A stretch of 64,000 bases of DNA, from positions 32,001-96,000 of the forward strand of contig NZ_JAVZIN010000004.1 in NCBI RefSeq assembly GCF_038871235.1, given 5' to 3'. This DNA is from Candidatus Hadarchaeum sp. Its GTDB lineage: Archaea > Hadarchaeota > Hadarchaeia > Hadarchaeales > Hadarchaeaceae. Numbering within the stretch: position 1 is the first letter of the stretch; each line of letters opens with the position of its first letter. Shown here piece by piece: positions 30,566-41,337 of this stretch. The notes below the pieces were generated by a model. It saw only the letters and a list, made by a program, of their open reading frames with translations, ran no database searches and was not told where the DNA came from. A program made the position numbers and the translations under genes.

Positions 30566-31798
30566 TTATCTTTGATGTTTGATCCTGCGAAGGTCATCCA
30601 ATGTCAGCACCCGCAGGTTTGGGGGCACTGACTCCACTCTTGATCTCATTCCGACTAAGTACTGAACTCCTCTCCCTGCAGCAAGTTCGGCGAGTTCTTG
30701 CGTTATTACGCCGTCGAACACGACCGCTTTTACATTTTGTGCTTGCGAAAGATGCTCCTTCAGCTCCCTCACTTGGATTTCTTCCATTAACTCCAGTTTT
30801 TCATTGAGCAGTTGGGCCTTGAGAGTACCGCGCAACTTGTTGGCCATATTTTCAAGCTCTTGTAATTCACCGTTACCTGTTTCAGCTGGTTGGACCGGCG
30901 CTGGTTTTGCCCTGTATTCCGCAGCTGCGATTTCTACTGGAACTTTGTTTCTAAGCGCTTTGATTATTTCTTTTTTAGATAACTCTTCCACGCTTCTACC
31001 AGGAGGAGGTCGAGCCACGAAATCTATCTCCGCCACTTGGAGCAGTTCCTTCAAGATCAGGTCGCCGCCCCGGTCGCTGTCAACAAATGCAGTGACTGTT
31101 TTGTCCTTGGTTAAATCTATCACTGCCTTAGGTACGCTGGTGCCCTCTATACCGATGGCGTTTTTTATGCCCGCCCTCAGCAGGTTGAGAACGTCGGCAC
31201 GCCCCTCGACGATTATAATGGCATCAGAGTCCTTAACACCCGGTCCCGCGGGGAGTCCCTCATATTCAGATATCTCTTCAACACGTACGGATTCCATTAC
31301 TTTTTCCGTTATCTCTTGAGTTTCAGTAGCAGCTTCCTCAAAAGCCCCGAGAAGCTCTTTGGCTCTCTCCACCACAAACTTCCTCTTAATGTCCCTGACG
31401 TCCTCGATGCGTTCCACTTTTATGGTTGCTTCACAAGGGCCGACACGATCAATAGTTTCTAGGGAGGCGGCAATTATTGCCGTTTCAACTCTGTCAAGGC
31501 TTGAAGGGATCGTGATCGTGCCGGTCGACTTTCCTTGGCTTGAGTTGATCTCTACTTTGATCCTCCCGATTCTACCACTCTTTAACAGCTCCCTTAGATC
31601 AAGGTCGCTTCCGAGCAGACCCTCCGTCTGTCCAAATATTGCACCCACGACATCTGGGCGCTCGACCACGCCGCTAGCCTCTATTTTGGCGTGGATAAGA
31701 TACTTGGTCGTACCACTATCTTCACGCATATTTGAAACCTCCTTTTTGCCGAGCTTTTCGGCCACTAAATCCTGCAAACTTTTTTCTTCCACGGGCAA
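30566..31798 (-). CDS. dnaG: Archaeal DnaG-like protein (exosome-associated)
   Basis: [37 protein letters not shown] and DSDRGG; alternative start ATG 31729 after AGGAGGT. Confidence 0.95.
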   Translation of the reverse strand: MPVEEKSLQDLVAEKLGKKEVSNMREDSGTTKYLIHAKIEASGVVERPDVVGAIFGQTEGLLGSDLDLRELLKSGRIGRIKVEINSSQGKSTGTITIPSSLDRVETAIIAASLETIDRVGPCEATIKVERIEDVRDIKRKFVVERAKELLGAFEEAATETQEITEKVMESVRVEEISEYEGLPAGPGVKDSDAIIIVEGRADVLNLLRAGIKNAIGIEGTSVPKAVIDLTKDKTVTAFVDSDRGGDLILKELLQVAEIDFVARPPPGRSVEELSKKEIIKALRNKVPVEIAAAEYRAKPAPVQPAETGNGELQELENMANKLRGTLKAQLLNEKLELMEEIQVRELKEHLSQAQNVKAVVFDGVITQELAELAAGRGVQYLVGMRSRVESVPPNLRVLTLDDLRRIKHQR

Positions 31799-31921
31799 CA
31801 GCCCTCAATGGGCCAGAATTAGCTTGATCGTGATTCTGGCTTGATTTAATGATAATAAAAATAATACTGCTTATCTTAAAAAGCTGACGCTTGAGATACA
31901 GATGGTTGCTTCGGCCGGCCC

Positions 31922-32380
31922 TCAAAGCCCAGTTACGCCTTGAATATAAACTATTCCAAGAATTGCCAGTAGCATTATTACACTTGCCAGAAAAACACCG
32001 ATTGCAATTGCCAGTGATGAGGTTTTGCGGTTGAAACCAGCGACGTAGGCTATAAGAACCCCACTATAGGCGCCAGTTCCCGGAAACGGCACTCCTACAA
32101 AGAGGGCAAGCCCTATCAAGCTTAGCCCTTGATACTTTTGTGCTCGTTTGACAGAAAATTGGAACAACCTGTTGACCAACTTCCATTTACGCCTGATCGG
32201 TGGCACGATTATGTCGAGCAGAAGGTAGGCTAGTGGTATGGCTAGCAAGTTGAGAATGAGGCAAATGGCAAATACTACAAGCGGAGGTAGTCCCGGATTG
32301 TAAATTGTAGCAAGTGGTAATGAAAAGCGCACCTCTAAAAAAGGCACCAGCGAAAGGAGAAAGGACAGCCATCCCATCAT
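31922..32380 (-). CDS. Small multidrug export-like membrane protein (COG2426)
   Basis: P.LE.R...P and LFVGVPFPGTGAYSG. Confidence 0.8.
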   Translation of the reverse strand: MMGWLSFLLSLVPFLEVRFSLPLATIYNPGLPPLVVFAICLILNLLAIPLAYLLLDIIVPPIRRKWKLVNRLFQFSVKRAQKYQGLSLIGLALFVGVPFPGTGAYSGVLIAYVAGFNRKTSSLAIAIGVFLASVIMLLAILGIVYIQGVTGL

Positions 32381-32486
32381 CTTGGGCCCTATATTTCATC
32401 GTGACCGGAGAATAAATCCCTTGAGAAAAACCGAAAACCGCATTTTAACGCTTATTATCGTTTTGGCAAAATTTAATTTGGTTCGC

Positions 32487-33122
32487 ATGCGCTACAAGCT
32501 CGTGGCATTTGACATGGACGGAACCTTGATACTAGAGGACAGTTGTTGGGGATAATTCAAAGATTTGGCACCAAGACGGCCGCACTTGGGAACTTAATGG
32601 CGTATGAGTCGGGGCAGATTGATCATGCGGAGTTCATGCGTCGCGACATAGCGCTGTGGCAGCCGACCCCCCACTTTTAATGAGATTAGGAAAATTTTGT
32701 CTCAATATACCTTGGCCCCAAACGTGAAAAATGTGGTCGGGGAAATAGTTCGCAGAGGTTTTCAGACAGCGATTATTACTGGAGGCCTTGATGTGTTAGC
32801 CGGCAATGTGGCCCGAGACCTTGGTATCCCCCACATTATCGCAAATGGTCTGGAGGTGGATAAATCCGGTTATCTGACTGGAGAGGGTATTCTCAGGGTT
32901 GAACCACGTCATAAGGATAAAAATTTGGTTAAACTGGCGAAAGATCTGGAAATTTCCCCCGAAGAACGTGTCGCGATTGGTGACGGTAAATATGACGTAA
33001 ATTTCTTAAAAAGCGCTGGTCTGGCGGTTGCGGTGGGAAAGAACCCTGAGTTAGCCCGGGTGGCTGATGTCGTTATAGAGGATTTTGATCACTTTCCTCG
33101 GTTGTTAGATTACCTGGTCTGA
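32487..33122 (+). pseudogene. HAD-superfamily phosphoserine phosphatase (SerB-like) broken by two frameshifts
   Basis: MRYKLVAFDMDGTL...SCWG then stop; second frame ...GQIDHAEFMRRDIALW...stop; third frame carries TGG, K and GDGKYD motifs. Confidence 0.8.
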
Positions 33123-33179
33123 AAAGTGTAGCTTTAATTAAACACTTTTGACAGAGAGACCATGTGCAGGTGTGTTTGC

Positions 33180-33788
33180 ATGGGTGTGATCAAAAAGCCC
33201 GTAAAGTATGAAGTTCCAGGCTGGGAATACATTCATGAACTCTGCGTGGAACTAGCTGAACAGGTGAAGAGGAGCAAGTACAATCCAGACCTTATCGTCG
33301 CCGTTTCACGAGGCGGTTGGATACCGGGCCGGTTGATCTTGGATTTCTTAGGAGGGCCAGATATTGCCACGATTAAGGTGGAATATTATGTAGGGTTTTA
33401 CAAAACCCGTGATAAACCTGAAATAACCCAACCACTTGCCGTGAATGTTAAAGGGAAAAAGATACTACTCGTCGATGATATTGCCGACACCGGTAGGAGC
33501 CTAAAGGTTGCTTTGGAATACCTCAGGGAACAAGGAGCAAAAGAAGTTAAAACTGCCGCTCTTTATTTTAAGCCTTGGTCCCTGGTGGTCCCGGATTTCT
33601 ATGCACGGAAAACGGATGCTTGGGTTTGCTTTCCTCATGAAACTTATGAATCCATTGACAAAATGTACTCCCAGCTGATAAAGCAGGGTAAAAGTAAAAA
33701 GGATGTAATGAAAAGGTTGGTGGAACTGGGCATAAGACCGTTTCATGTAGAAAAATTTCTTTCGAAAAAAGGCCCGAAAAGAGTTTAG
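33180..33788 (+). CDS. Type I phosphoribosyltransferase (purine PRTase-like)
   Basis: VSRGGWIP, LLVDDIADTGRSL, W.CFPHE. Confidence 0.88.
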   Translation: MGVIKKPVKYEVPGWEYIHELCVELAEQVKRSKYNPDLIVAVSRGGWIPGRLILDFLGGPDIATIKVEYYVGFYKTRDKPEITQPLAVNVKGKKILLVDDIADTGRSLKVALEYLREQGAKEVKTAALYFKPWSLVVPDFYARKTDAWVCFPHETYESIDKMYSQLIKQGKSKKDVMKRLVELGIRPFHVEKFLSKKGPKRV

Positions 33789-33793
33789 CAGTT

Positions 33794-34192
33794 TTATCTC
33801 ACTCTTTCTCTTTGCAGAAACTTTGCCAGCCCTTCCACGTCTTTCACACTTCTGCGCACCAGTGGCTTTAGCCTGTCTCTGAATTCAGATATTGGCTTAA
33901 CACCAAGCCTTTTTGCATGTTTGATGATAAAACTTGCCAGTTCATCGCCAGCTTTGTCGAAATCGGTTAATATTACTATTTCCTTTGAGCCTGAAAGACC
34001 TTCAACGAAGTTCAGCAGGGAACCACCGTTTGAGATTTTGCGAACGCGTCCACTTATGCCCAGTGCACGCAAAGCTTTTTCATCATCCATACCTTCAACG
34101 ATTATCGGTATACCATCTAAGGCTAACCTGTTCAGCTCAGAGAGCAGCTCATCAATCTGCTCAAGGACCTCTTCTGTTAGCAAGTTCATCAC
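33794..34192 (-). CDS. Small stand-alone TOPRIM domain protein
   Basis: IIVEG.DD, ILTDFD..G, KDVEGL. Confidence 0.85.
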   Translation of the reverse strand: MMNLLTEEVLEQIDELLSELNRLALDGIPIIVEGMDDEKALRALGISGRVRKISNGGSLLNFVEGLSGSKEIVILTDFDKAGDELASFIIKHAKRLGVKPISEFRDRLKPLVRRSVKDVEGLAKFLQRERVR

Positions 34193-34195
34193 TTT

Positions 34196-34366
34196 TTATT
34201 CAGGACCTTTGTCGCTGATCCAGAGCCCTTTTCGCAAACATCTAGTGCAGACACCGATATCGCTGACAAAGTCACGGGAGCAAACAGTGGCTCCGCATAT
34301 GCCGCAACGGTGCACATCGTAGCTGATTCTGCCGCATATCGCGCAAGTGCCGGCTATTCTTCCCAT
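34196..34366 (-). CDS. Small Cys-rich zinc-finger protein, 56 aa (below ORF-track cutoff)
   Basis: Hand translation MGRIAGTCAICGRISYDVHRCGICGATVCSRDFVSDIGVCTRCLRKGLWISDKGPE; ends 3 nt before the TOPRIM gene. Confidence 0.8.
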   Translation of the reverse strand: MGRIAGTCAICGRISYDVHRCGICGATVCSRDFVSDIGVCTRCLRKGLWISDKGPE

Positions 34367-34426
34367 GGTCCATCCGATAAACCTTCAAATAACCAAGATT
34401 AAAAGTTTGCACATGGAAGCGAAAGC

Positions 34427-35341
34427 ATGCTGGAGCAAATTTCCACTTTCACTGATAGCCGCCTGAAAGCGAGTCGGAGGCTTATGCTGGCTTTCCTATT
34501 AACCGCTTCGGTGTTTGTAGCCGAGGTGATTGGTGGAATTCTGAGCAACAGCCTTTCACTGATCGGTGACGCCGGGCACATGTTGGTGGACTCGGTAGCC
34601 TTAGCTGTTGGCGTGAGTGCTTTCAAGCTTGCGATGAGACCGGCAACCAAGAGAAAAACTTACGGTTATTATCGGCTGGAGATCCTAGCTGCTCTTTTTA
34701 ATGGCTTATTGTTGTTTATCGTTGCGTTTTATATCTTTTCAGAGGCCTACAGAAGATTTACGACCCCCGCCGAAGTGAGGGCACCCCTGATGTTGGCAGT
34801 CGCCGTAGCTGGTTTGGCGGTAAATTTTTTATCACTAGGTATTCTTTGGAAGGTGAGAAAAGAAAATCTGAATGTGAAGGGTACCTTTTCCCACGTTTTC
34901 TCCGACACCATTTCTTCGGTTGGGGTCATCGCCGCGGCGGTGATAATTTATTTCAGCCAATTGTTCATAGTTGATGCCTTAATAGGGATCTTGATCGGTG
35001 GAATAATACTAAGAAGTGCCGTCGCCTTGATCAGTGAGTCAGGCCGTGTTCTTTTAGAAGCTGTCCCTGAGGGTATTGACCCCGATAGAGTGGTAGAAAA
35101 GATAAAAAAGATCGACGGTGTTCAGGATGTTCATGATTTGCATATCTGGTCGATAAGTTCAGGTATTAACTCATTGAGTGGGCATATTGTCATAGATGAC
35201 CAAAAGCTGAGTAAAGCGGAGGAAATCTTAAGACAAGTAGACAAACTGCTTAAGGAAAATTTTAGCATAATCCACACAACGATTCAGCTAGAGTGCAAAG
35301 CTTGTCAGGAACCGTTTGTTTGTTCCCTCGGAGGAAAATGA
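34427..35341 (+). CDS. Cation diffusion facilitator (CzcD/ZitB-like)
   Basis: DAGHMLVD, TYGYYRLE, HVFSD, DVHDLHIW, HTTIQLE. Confidence 0.92.
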   Translation: MLEQISTFTDSRLKASRRLMLAFLLTASVFVAEVIGGILSNSLSLIGDAGHMLVDSVALAVGVSAFKLAMRPATKRKTYGYYRLEILAALFNGLLLFIVAFYIFSEAYRRFTTPAEVRAPLMLAVAVAGLAVNFLSLGILWKVRKENLNVKGTFSHVFSDTISSVGVIAAAVIIYFSQLFIVDALIGILIGGIILRSAVALISESGRVLLEAVPEGIDPDRVVEKIKKIDGVQDVHDLHIWSISSGINSLSGHIVIDDQKLSKAEEILRQVDKLLKENFSIIHTTIQLECKACQEPFVCSLGGK

Positions 35342-35721
35342 AAAAGGTACCTATTAAACCCATTTGCATCATTTTACCAGAGTTTAGGTTGTGTATGCGG
35401 GTGTAGCTTTCAGCAGATCATCCTGAGCTATGCAAGCGCGTGAATAACATTGAACTCATACCACTTCAGCTCCAGATTTTTGGCGTGCCTCAACAATTCC
35501 TTGCCCGCGTCTGAATGTTTTTCTAGGGCGAATCGTTGGGGATTTTCTGAAGTTACACATACAACCGCCATATCCTTCTGGATTCCGGCGGAACATCCAC
35601 GTGAATAAGACACATTATGTATTGTGTGCACACGTGTGCAGTGCTGACTTTGCCCGCTGTGGCATCTGGGCCGTGGCTCCAATCAGATCGGCCCGCTACT
35701 TACCAAAAAAGAAGGATATTT

Positions 35722-36669
35722 TCACAGCTTATTAGCTAAAGTGGCGCCGAATTTTTCCACTACTTTTTTTGCCAGCTGTGCTCCGAGGGTTCCAGATTCT
35801 TTGATGGACTTACCCCTGCTGAGACCGAACAAGACTCCAGCCGCGTAGAAGTCACCGGCCCCTGTCGTATCCACGACATTTGCAGGTAGAGCCGGCACAT
35901 GGAACTCTTCCTCCTTTGTGAATATCGATGAACCCCTTTCTCCTTTCTTCAGACAAACGATGTCTATCTCTTTAGCCAGTTCTTTAGCGGCTTTTTCATC
36001 ACTTGACCCCGTTAGTGCTTTGAGTTCTTCCTCATTCGTGAACAGCACATCGGCGCGGGTGAGTATTCTCCACAAACGATCTTTCTTTTTTTCCACCAAG
36101 GGCGGGCTCTCGAGCGAGATTGATATTCGAACTTCGTTTCCCTCGGCCACATCCATTGCGTCTCGAGCGCTTCTGGAGATGGCACCATCGGCAAAAAGAG
36201 TAATTGAAGTTAGATAAAGAAAAGCTGAATTTTTTATTCCTGTGACCGGCAACCCGCCGTAGTCCTTGCCATTACCCAAGTCAACGGCAAAGGTTCTTTG
36301 GCCGTCCCGTGTGATAAGGGCAATTATCTTCCCGGTTCTGCCCGGTCCTTTCTCAAGAAAAGAGGCTATTTTTTGTTTTCGCAGGGATTCTTCAAAGATT
36401 TTACCCTCAGCATCTTCAGCGACTCTTCCAGCGTAGGCGGACCTACCTCCAAGATGGACTACCCCCTCACAGGTGTTGCGGGCATTATCCCCAGGAAAGC
36501 GGGCGAATATTGAGTCGGCCAGCCTTACTTGAATTTCATCAAGCCTTTCCCGCGAGACAAAATTGGATGCCCCTTTGATTAGGCCATTTTTCTCCAGAAA
36601 ACTGTCCGTGGTTCTGCAGAAATGATCCACTAGGGCGGTGCCGATTCCAAAGACATCATACTTGGGCAT
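35722..36669 (-). CDS. PfkB family kinase (adenosine kinase-like)
   Basis: GIGTALVD, N.EE, DTTGAGDFYAAG. Confidence 0.88.
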   Translation of the reverse strand: MPKYDVFGIGTALVDHFCRTTDSFLEKNGLIKGASNFVSRERLDEIQVRLADSIFARFPGDNARNTCEGVVHLGGRSAYAGRVAEDAEGKIFEESLRKQKIASFLEKGPGRTGKIIALITRDGQRTFAVDLGNGKDYGGLPVTGIKNSAFLYLTSITLFADGAISRSARDAMDVAEGNEVRISISLESPPLVEKKKDRLWRILTRADVLFTNEEELKALTGSSDEKAAKELAKEIDIVCLKKGERGSSIFTKEEEFHVPALPANVVDTTGAGDFYAAGVLFGLSRGKSIKESGTLGAQLAKKVVEKFGATLANKL

Positions 36670-36679
36670 AGTTATTACC

Positions 36680-37189
36680 TTAATATGGCCTGTCCTTCAG
36701 CTTGAGCTTATGTCCGATGAAATTCGTCGCTAGGTGTATCGGCGGCGTTATTATCAGGATGATTAAAATTATCTCCCATGAGGGCACGGATACTAGGCTG
36801 GCGAACAATAATGCCAGGACAACAAAACTGAGCTGGTCAAGGACAGGTGCGGCAGACCCTCTTTCTAAGTTAACTCTTCTTTTGATGAAGCTGCCTAGAA
36901 GATCTCCCACCAGTGCACCTAAGGCAAGCAGGAAACCAAGCGCTGAGTATAGGTGAAGCTGACCGGTGGCTAATCCCTGCAAAACACCGAGGACAAAGCC
37001 CGCGGCGAGTCCGGAAATGAAACCACGTATTGTTTTTCCCGGTCCAAAGATGGGACGCCCATCGATGAAAGTATGCCCACCGTCGATAGGTTTCCCGCCG
37101 CCGAGGACAACCGGTGTGGCGTTGGCGACATAGGCCGGCAGAATAAACCAGATTGCCGCTACAATAAGTTGAATCAACTCCACGCACAC
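36680..37189 (-). CDS. carS: CDP-archaeol synthase
   Basis: PAYVANA.PV, PIDGG..F.DGR..FG.GKT.RG, GDL.GSFIKRR, P.LDQL.F. Confidence 0.93.
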   Translation of the reverse strand: MCVELIQLIVAAIWFILPAYVANATPVVLGGGKPIDGGHTFIDGRPIFGPGKTIRGFISGLAAGFVLGVLQGLATGQLHLYSALGFLLALGALVGDLLGSFIKRRVNLERGSAAPVLDQLSFVVLALLFASLVSVPSWEIILIILIITPPIHLATNFIGHKLKLKDRPY

Positions 37190-37190
37190 A

Positions 37191-37925
37191 TTAGGTCACC
37201 TTTGAGTCCTTCCAGAGGTATTCAAAATATTCCTTGGCAAACTTGGCCAAGCCGATTTCATTCGACCATATTCCTAACAGTTCATTTCCGCTTCCTAGGA
37301 TGAGCAGCACCTCTTGTCCATCCACGACGACACCACCACCGAAGAGGTTTTCCCTTTTCCTGATTTCTAACTTTCGCGGCAGCTCCAAGCTGCGGAGATT
37401 AAGCTTCTTTGACGCCAAGATCCTGACGGGAATTTGTTTTGCTTCCAAGAGTGAGAGATAAGATTTCAGGCCGGATATCTCCTGAGGCACGTTCGGTAGC
37501 GAGAGCAGGACTTCAATCCCGGCGCGGGTAAGCATCTCTCCAATTTTGGTGAGGATATTTTTTTCACCACGAATCACCCAGACATCTGGTCGCTTTACCT
37601 CGGCTCTTCTTGAATAAAGCGGTTCAAGTTCCTTCAATAGCGCCTCTCCAGCCTCTTTGAGCCTTTTCTCCTCCTCAGTCTTCACGATTTTCACCACTTC
37701 AGCCGGATCCCTGGAGCGGTATCGGCTAGGTCTGCCAGCTTGGGCTTCTACCCATCCACGCGCCTCAAGCCTGGATAGAATGTCGTAAATTCTTGAGTAG
37801 GGGACGTTTGCCAGTTTGCTCAGTTCACCAGCGGTTGAAGGACCATTTGAAACTAAGGCACAGTAAACTCTCGCCTCATATTCGGTCAGGCCGAACTCAC
37901 GCAGGAGCCGGTGAGCCTTCTCCAT
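37191..37925 (-). CDS. TrmB family transcriptional regulator
   Basis: FGLTEYEARVY, VPYSRIYDIL.RL..RGWVE plus effector domain; start ATG 37925 after GTGGTG. Confidence 0.9.
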   Translation of the reverse strand: MEKAHRLLREFGLTEYEARVYCALVSNGPSTAGELSKLANVPYSRIYDILSRLEARGWVEAQAGRPSRYRSRDPAEVVKIVKTEEEKRLKEAGEALLKELEPLYSRRAEVKRPDVWVIRGEKNILTKIGEMLTRAGIEVLLSLPNVPQEISGLKSYLSLLEAKQIPVRILASKKLNLRSLELPRKLEIRKRENLFGGGVVVDGQEVLLILGSGNELLGIWSNEIGLAKFAKEYFEYLWKDSKVT

Positions 37926-37992
37926 AGCACCACTTTTCATATTGAGAGAAGTTTGGCAATGCTTAAAAGTTACCCCTTTTAGTGGTAAATTG

Positions 37993-39594
37993 ATGGCCAT
38001 GAAGGAATTGGCAAAGACCGGGTCCGTCTGCCCGCAGTGTTTGAGAATTCTTCCCGCGCAGATCATTGAGCGCGATGGAAAAGTTTGGATCAAGAAGGAA
38101 TGTCCGGAGCACGGTGTTTTTGAGGACCTCTACTTTGGCTCTTATGAGTGGTATCGGCGAGCCCAGATCTTTGCCCGCGACGGCAGAGGGGTGCTGAATC
38201 CACAGGTTACCAAGGAAAACCCTGTTTGTCCTTCTGACTGTGGTTTGTGTAAGATGCACATGAGCCATACCGCTTTGGCGAACATTGTACTCACTAATCG
38301 TTGTGATCTTTCCTGCTGGTACTGCTTTTTTTATTCAGGCAGGGTGGGCTATGTTTACGAGCCCACTTTTGGTGAGATAGAAGAAATGGTTAAAACCCTG
38401 AAGTCGGAGCAACCGGTGCCGTGCAACGCAGTTCAGCTCACCGGGGGAGAGCCTTGTCTTAGGGAGGACCTAGTGGATATCATAAAGATGGTCAAGTCAT
38501 ATGGTGTGGATCACGTTCAGCTGAACACAAACGGCATCAGGCTGGCGTTAGACCCGGACCTCGTTGAAAAAGTTCGGGCGGCTGGTGTCAACACCCTTTA
38601 TCTTAGCTTCGATGGAGTTACTGAGAAGACTAATCCCAAGAATCACTGGGAGGTTCCCCAGCTCATAGAGAACTGTAGAAAGGTTGGCATGGGTATTGTT
38701 CTGGTGCCCACGGTGATAAAATCTGTAAACGACCATGAAGTTGGTGACATCTTAAAGTTCGGGTTCAAGAACATTGACATCATCCGCAGCGTGAATTACC
38801 AGCCAGTTTCTCTTGTGGGCAAGATGCCACGTGAGGAGCGCGAGCGCTACCGCATCACCATTCCTGATGTCATAAAGAATATTGAGGAGCAGACCGATGG
38901 AATTCTTAAGATGGATGATTTCTTCCCTGTTCCGACCGCGTTGATGATAAGCGATTTCGTCGAGGCCCTGACGAAAAAGCCAATGTACCAGATGAGCAGC
39001 CATTTTGCCTGCGGTGCTGCCACCTATGTTTTCAACGATAACGGCAAGATGCTGCCGCTGACTCATTTTATTGATGTCCAGGGCCTGCTTGAATACTTGG
39101 CTGAGAAGTCGGAGGAACTTCGTGCCGGAAAGAGCAAACTGCTAGTTGGGGCCAAATTGCTTTATAGCATCGGGAAGTTCGTTGATAAAAAGAAGAAACC
39201 GAAGGGTCTGGATATCGACCGCATAATATTCAACGCGTTAATAAAACACGAGTACAACGCGATAGGTCAGTTTCACATGAAATCTCTTTTCATCGGGATG
39301 ATGCACTTTATGGATCTCTATAATTACGATATTGAGCGGGTCAAGAGATGCTGCATCCATTACGCGATGAACGACAATCGGATTATTCCCTTTTGCGCCT
39401 TCAACGTCATTCCGGAGTGGTACCGGGACAAGAACCAGGCGGCGCAGGGTATCTCGTTTGAGGAGTGGGAGAGAAAGACAGGAAGACCGCTGAAACAGGA
39501 CCTTTATAAGCGCGATGCGGAAAAATTAAAGGCATCTGAGGCTTACAAGAAGTTTGTTTGGCAGGTGGAGGAGATAAAGTCCGGCAAGTTTTGA
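37993..39594 (+). CDS. tes: Tetraether lipid synthase (GDGT-MAS, radical SAM)
   Basis: N-terminal SVCPQC...CPEHG, CP.DCGLC..H, CDLSCWYCF, HFACG, RCCIHY...IIPFC. Confidence 0.88.
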   Translation: MAMKELAKTGSVCPQCLRILPAQIIERDGKVWIKKECPEHGVFEDLYFGSYEWYRRAQIFARDGRGVLNPQVTKENPVCPSDCGLCKMHMSHTALANIVLTNRCDLSCWYCFFYSGRVGYVYEPTFGEIEEMVKTLKSEQPVPCNAVQLTGGEPCLREDLVDIIKMVKSYGVDHVQLNTNGIRLALDPDLVEKVRAAGVNTLYLSFDGVTEKTNPKNHWEVPQLIENCRKVGMGIVLVPTVIKSVNDHEVGDILKFGFKNIDIIRSVNYQPVSLVGKMPREERERYRITIPDVIKNIEEQTDGILKMDDFFPVPTALMISDFVEALTKKPMYQMSSHFACGAATYVFNDNGKMLPLTHFIDVQGLLEYLAEKSEELRAGKSKLLVGAKLLYSIGKFVDKKKKPKGLDIDRIIFNALIKHEYNAIGQFHMKSLFIGMMHFMDLYNYDIERVKRCCIHYAMNDNRIIPFCAFNVIPEWYRDKNQAAQGISFEEWERKTGRPLKQDLYKRDAEKLKASEAYKKFVWQVEEIKSGKF

Positions 39595-39667
39595 AAGGGC
39601 AAGGTTTTTATATTCTAAAATTTTCTCATTATAGTAGCGTAATTGAATAATTAATGGGAGGGATTTT

Positions 39668-41326
39668 ATGGCGAGTCAGTTAGGAGGACAACCAATACTC
39701 ATTCTGCCGGAAAAAGTTCAGCGGTACCTGGGCCGAGATGCCCAGCGTATGAACATAATGGCCGCGAGGGTCATAGCGGAGTCGGTCCGCACGACCTTGG
39801 GCCCACGCGGAATGGATAAGATGTTGGTTGATAACTTGGGTGACGTCACCATAACTAACGACGGCGTCACCATTCTTGAGGAAATGGATGTTGAGCACCC
39901 GGCCGCAAAGATGATGGTCGAGGTCTCAAAGGCACAAGAGGACGAGGTCGGAGATGGCACCACAACAGCGGTGGTGTTGGCCGGAGAGCTGTTGAAGAAG
40001 TCGGAGGAGCTACTTGAGCAGGATATCCATCCGACGGTCATCGTCAGCGGCTACAGGCTGGCAGCCGAGCAGGCTCAGAAGATCCTGGAGAAGATGGCAA
40101 CTCCTGTCTCCAAGGATGACGACAAGATTCTCAAGCAGATTGCCAAGACATCAATGAGCAGCAAGGGCTCGGAAATGCACGGCGATAAGCTGGCCGAACT
40201 CTGCGTGAAAGCAGTCAAACAGATAGTTGAGGAAGTCGACGGCAAAATTGAGGCGGACATCGATAACATCAAGGTTGAGAAGAAAACTGGGGGCAGCTCT
40301 GCCGACACTCAGCTGATCAAAGGAATAGTTCTCGACAAAGAGGTGGTTCACCCCGGCATGCCGAAGAGGGTGGAAAATGCCAAGATCGCTCTGCTGAACC
40401 TTGCTCTAGAAGTCAAAAAGACCGAGACGGATGCCAAGATTAACATTACTGACCCTGAGCAGCTCAAAAAGTTTATCGATGAGGAACAGCGCATGCTGAA
40501 GGAGATGGTTGACCAGATAAAGAGCGTCGGCGCCAACGTTGTCTTCTGCCAGAAGGGTATCGACGATGTGGCCCAGCACTACTTGGCTAAGGCCGGAATC
40601 TTGGCGGCTCGAAGGGTGAAGGAGTCCGATATGGAGAAGCTAGCCCGCGCCACCGGGGGCAACTGTGTGACTAACATCAAGGATCTCACCGTCAAGGACT
40701 TGGGCACAGCGGAGCTGGTGGAGGAGAGAAAGATTGCAGGTGATGAGATGATTTTTGTTGAGGGCTGTAAGGATCCGAGATCAGTGAGCATTCTGGTTAG
40801 GGGTGGCACCGAGCACGTCGTCGATGAGGTCGAGCGGGCAGTACATGACGCGGTTTCAGTGGTTTCAGCGGCCATTGAGGACGGAAAGATAGTCGGTGGT
40901 GGCGGAGCCCCCGAGATAGAGGTGGCCAAAGGACTTAGGGAGTATTCCGATTCCGTTGGCGGCCGCGAGGCTCTTGCGGTAAATGCTTTTGCCGATGCGA
41001 TCGAGGTGATCCCAAGGACTTTGGCTGAAAACGCAGGGATGGATCCCATCGACATCTTGGTGCAACTTAGGGCAGCCCATGAGAAGAGCGATGGAAAGAA
41101 TGTGGGTGTTGATGTCATCAGCGGCAAGGTCTTGAACACTCTCGAGAAGGGGATAGTGGAACCACTAAGGGTCAAGATCCAGGCAATCAAATCCGCAACT
41201 GAAGTCACCGAGATGATCCTTAGAATAGACGACGTTATCGCCGCAGGAAAGCTGGAAAAAGAAGAGAAAGAAAAAGAGAAAGAGAAGGGAGCTGGCCCTG
41301 AGATGGGTGGCATGCCAGAGATGTAG
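39668..41326 (+). CDS. ths: Thermosome (group II chaperonin) subunit
   Basis: [29 protein letters not shown]. Confidence 0.97.
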   Translation: MASQLGGQPILILPEKVQRYLGRDAQRMNIMAARVIAESVRTTLGPRGMDKMLVDNLGDVTITNDGVTILEEMDVEHPAAKMMVEVSKAQEDEVGDGTTTAVVLAGELLKKSEELLEQDIHPTVIVSGYRLAAEQAQKILEKMATPVSKDDDKILKQIAKTSMSSKGSEMHGDKLAELCVKAVKQIVEEVDGKIEADIDNIKVEKKTGGSSADTQLIKGIVLDKEVVHPGMPKRVENAKIALLNLALEVKKTETDAKINITDPEQLKKFIDEEQRMLKEMVDQIKSVGANVVFCQKGIDDVAQHYLAKAGILAARRVKESDMEKLARATGGNCVTNIKDLTVKDLGTAELVEERKIAGDEMIFVEGCKDPRSVSILVRGGTEHVVDEVERAVHDAVSVVSAAIEDGKIVGGGGAPEIEVAKGLREYSDSVGGREALAVNAFADAIEVIPRTLAENAGMDPIDILVQLRAAHEKSDGKNVGVDVISGKVLNTLEKGIVEPLRVKIQAIKSATEVTEMILRIDDVIAAGKLEKEEKEKEKEKGAGPEMGGMPEM

Positions 41327-41337
41327 GGGGCCATCCC

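Noticed and set aside
41250-41290. Purine-rich GAGAAA repeats
   Set aside because: They encode the low-complexity EK tail of the thermosome, not a repeat array.
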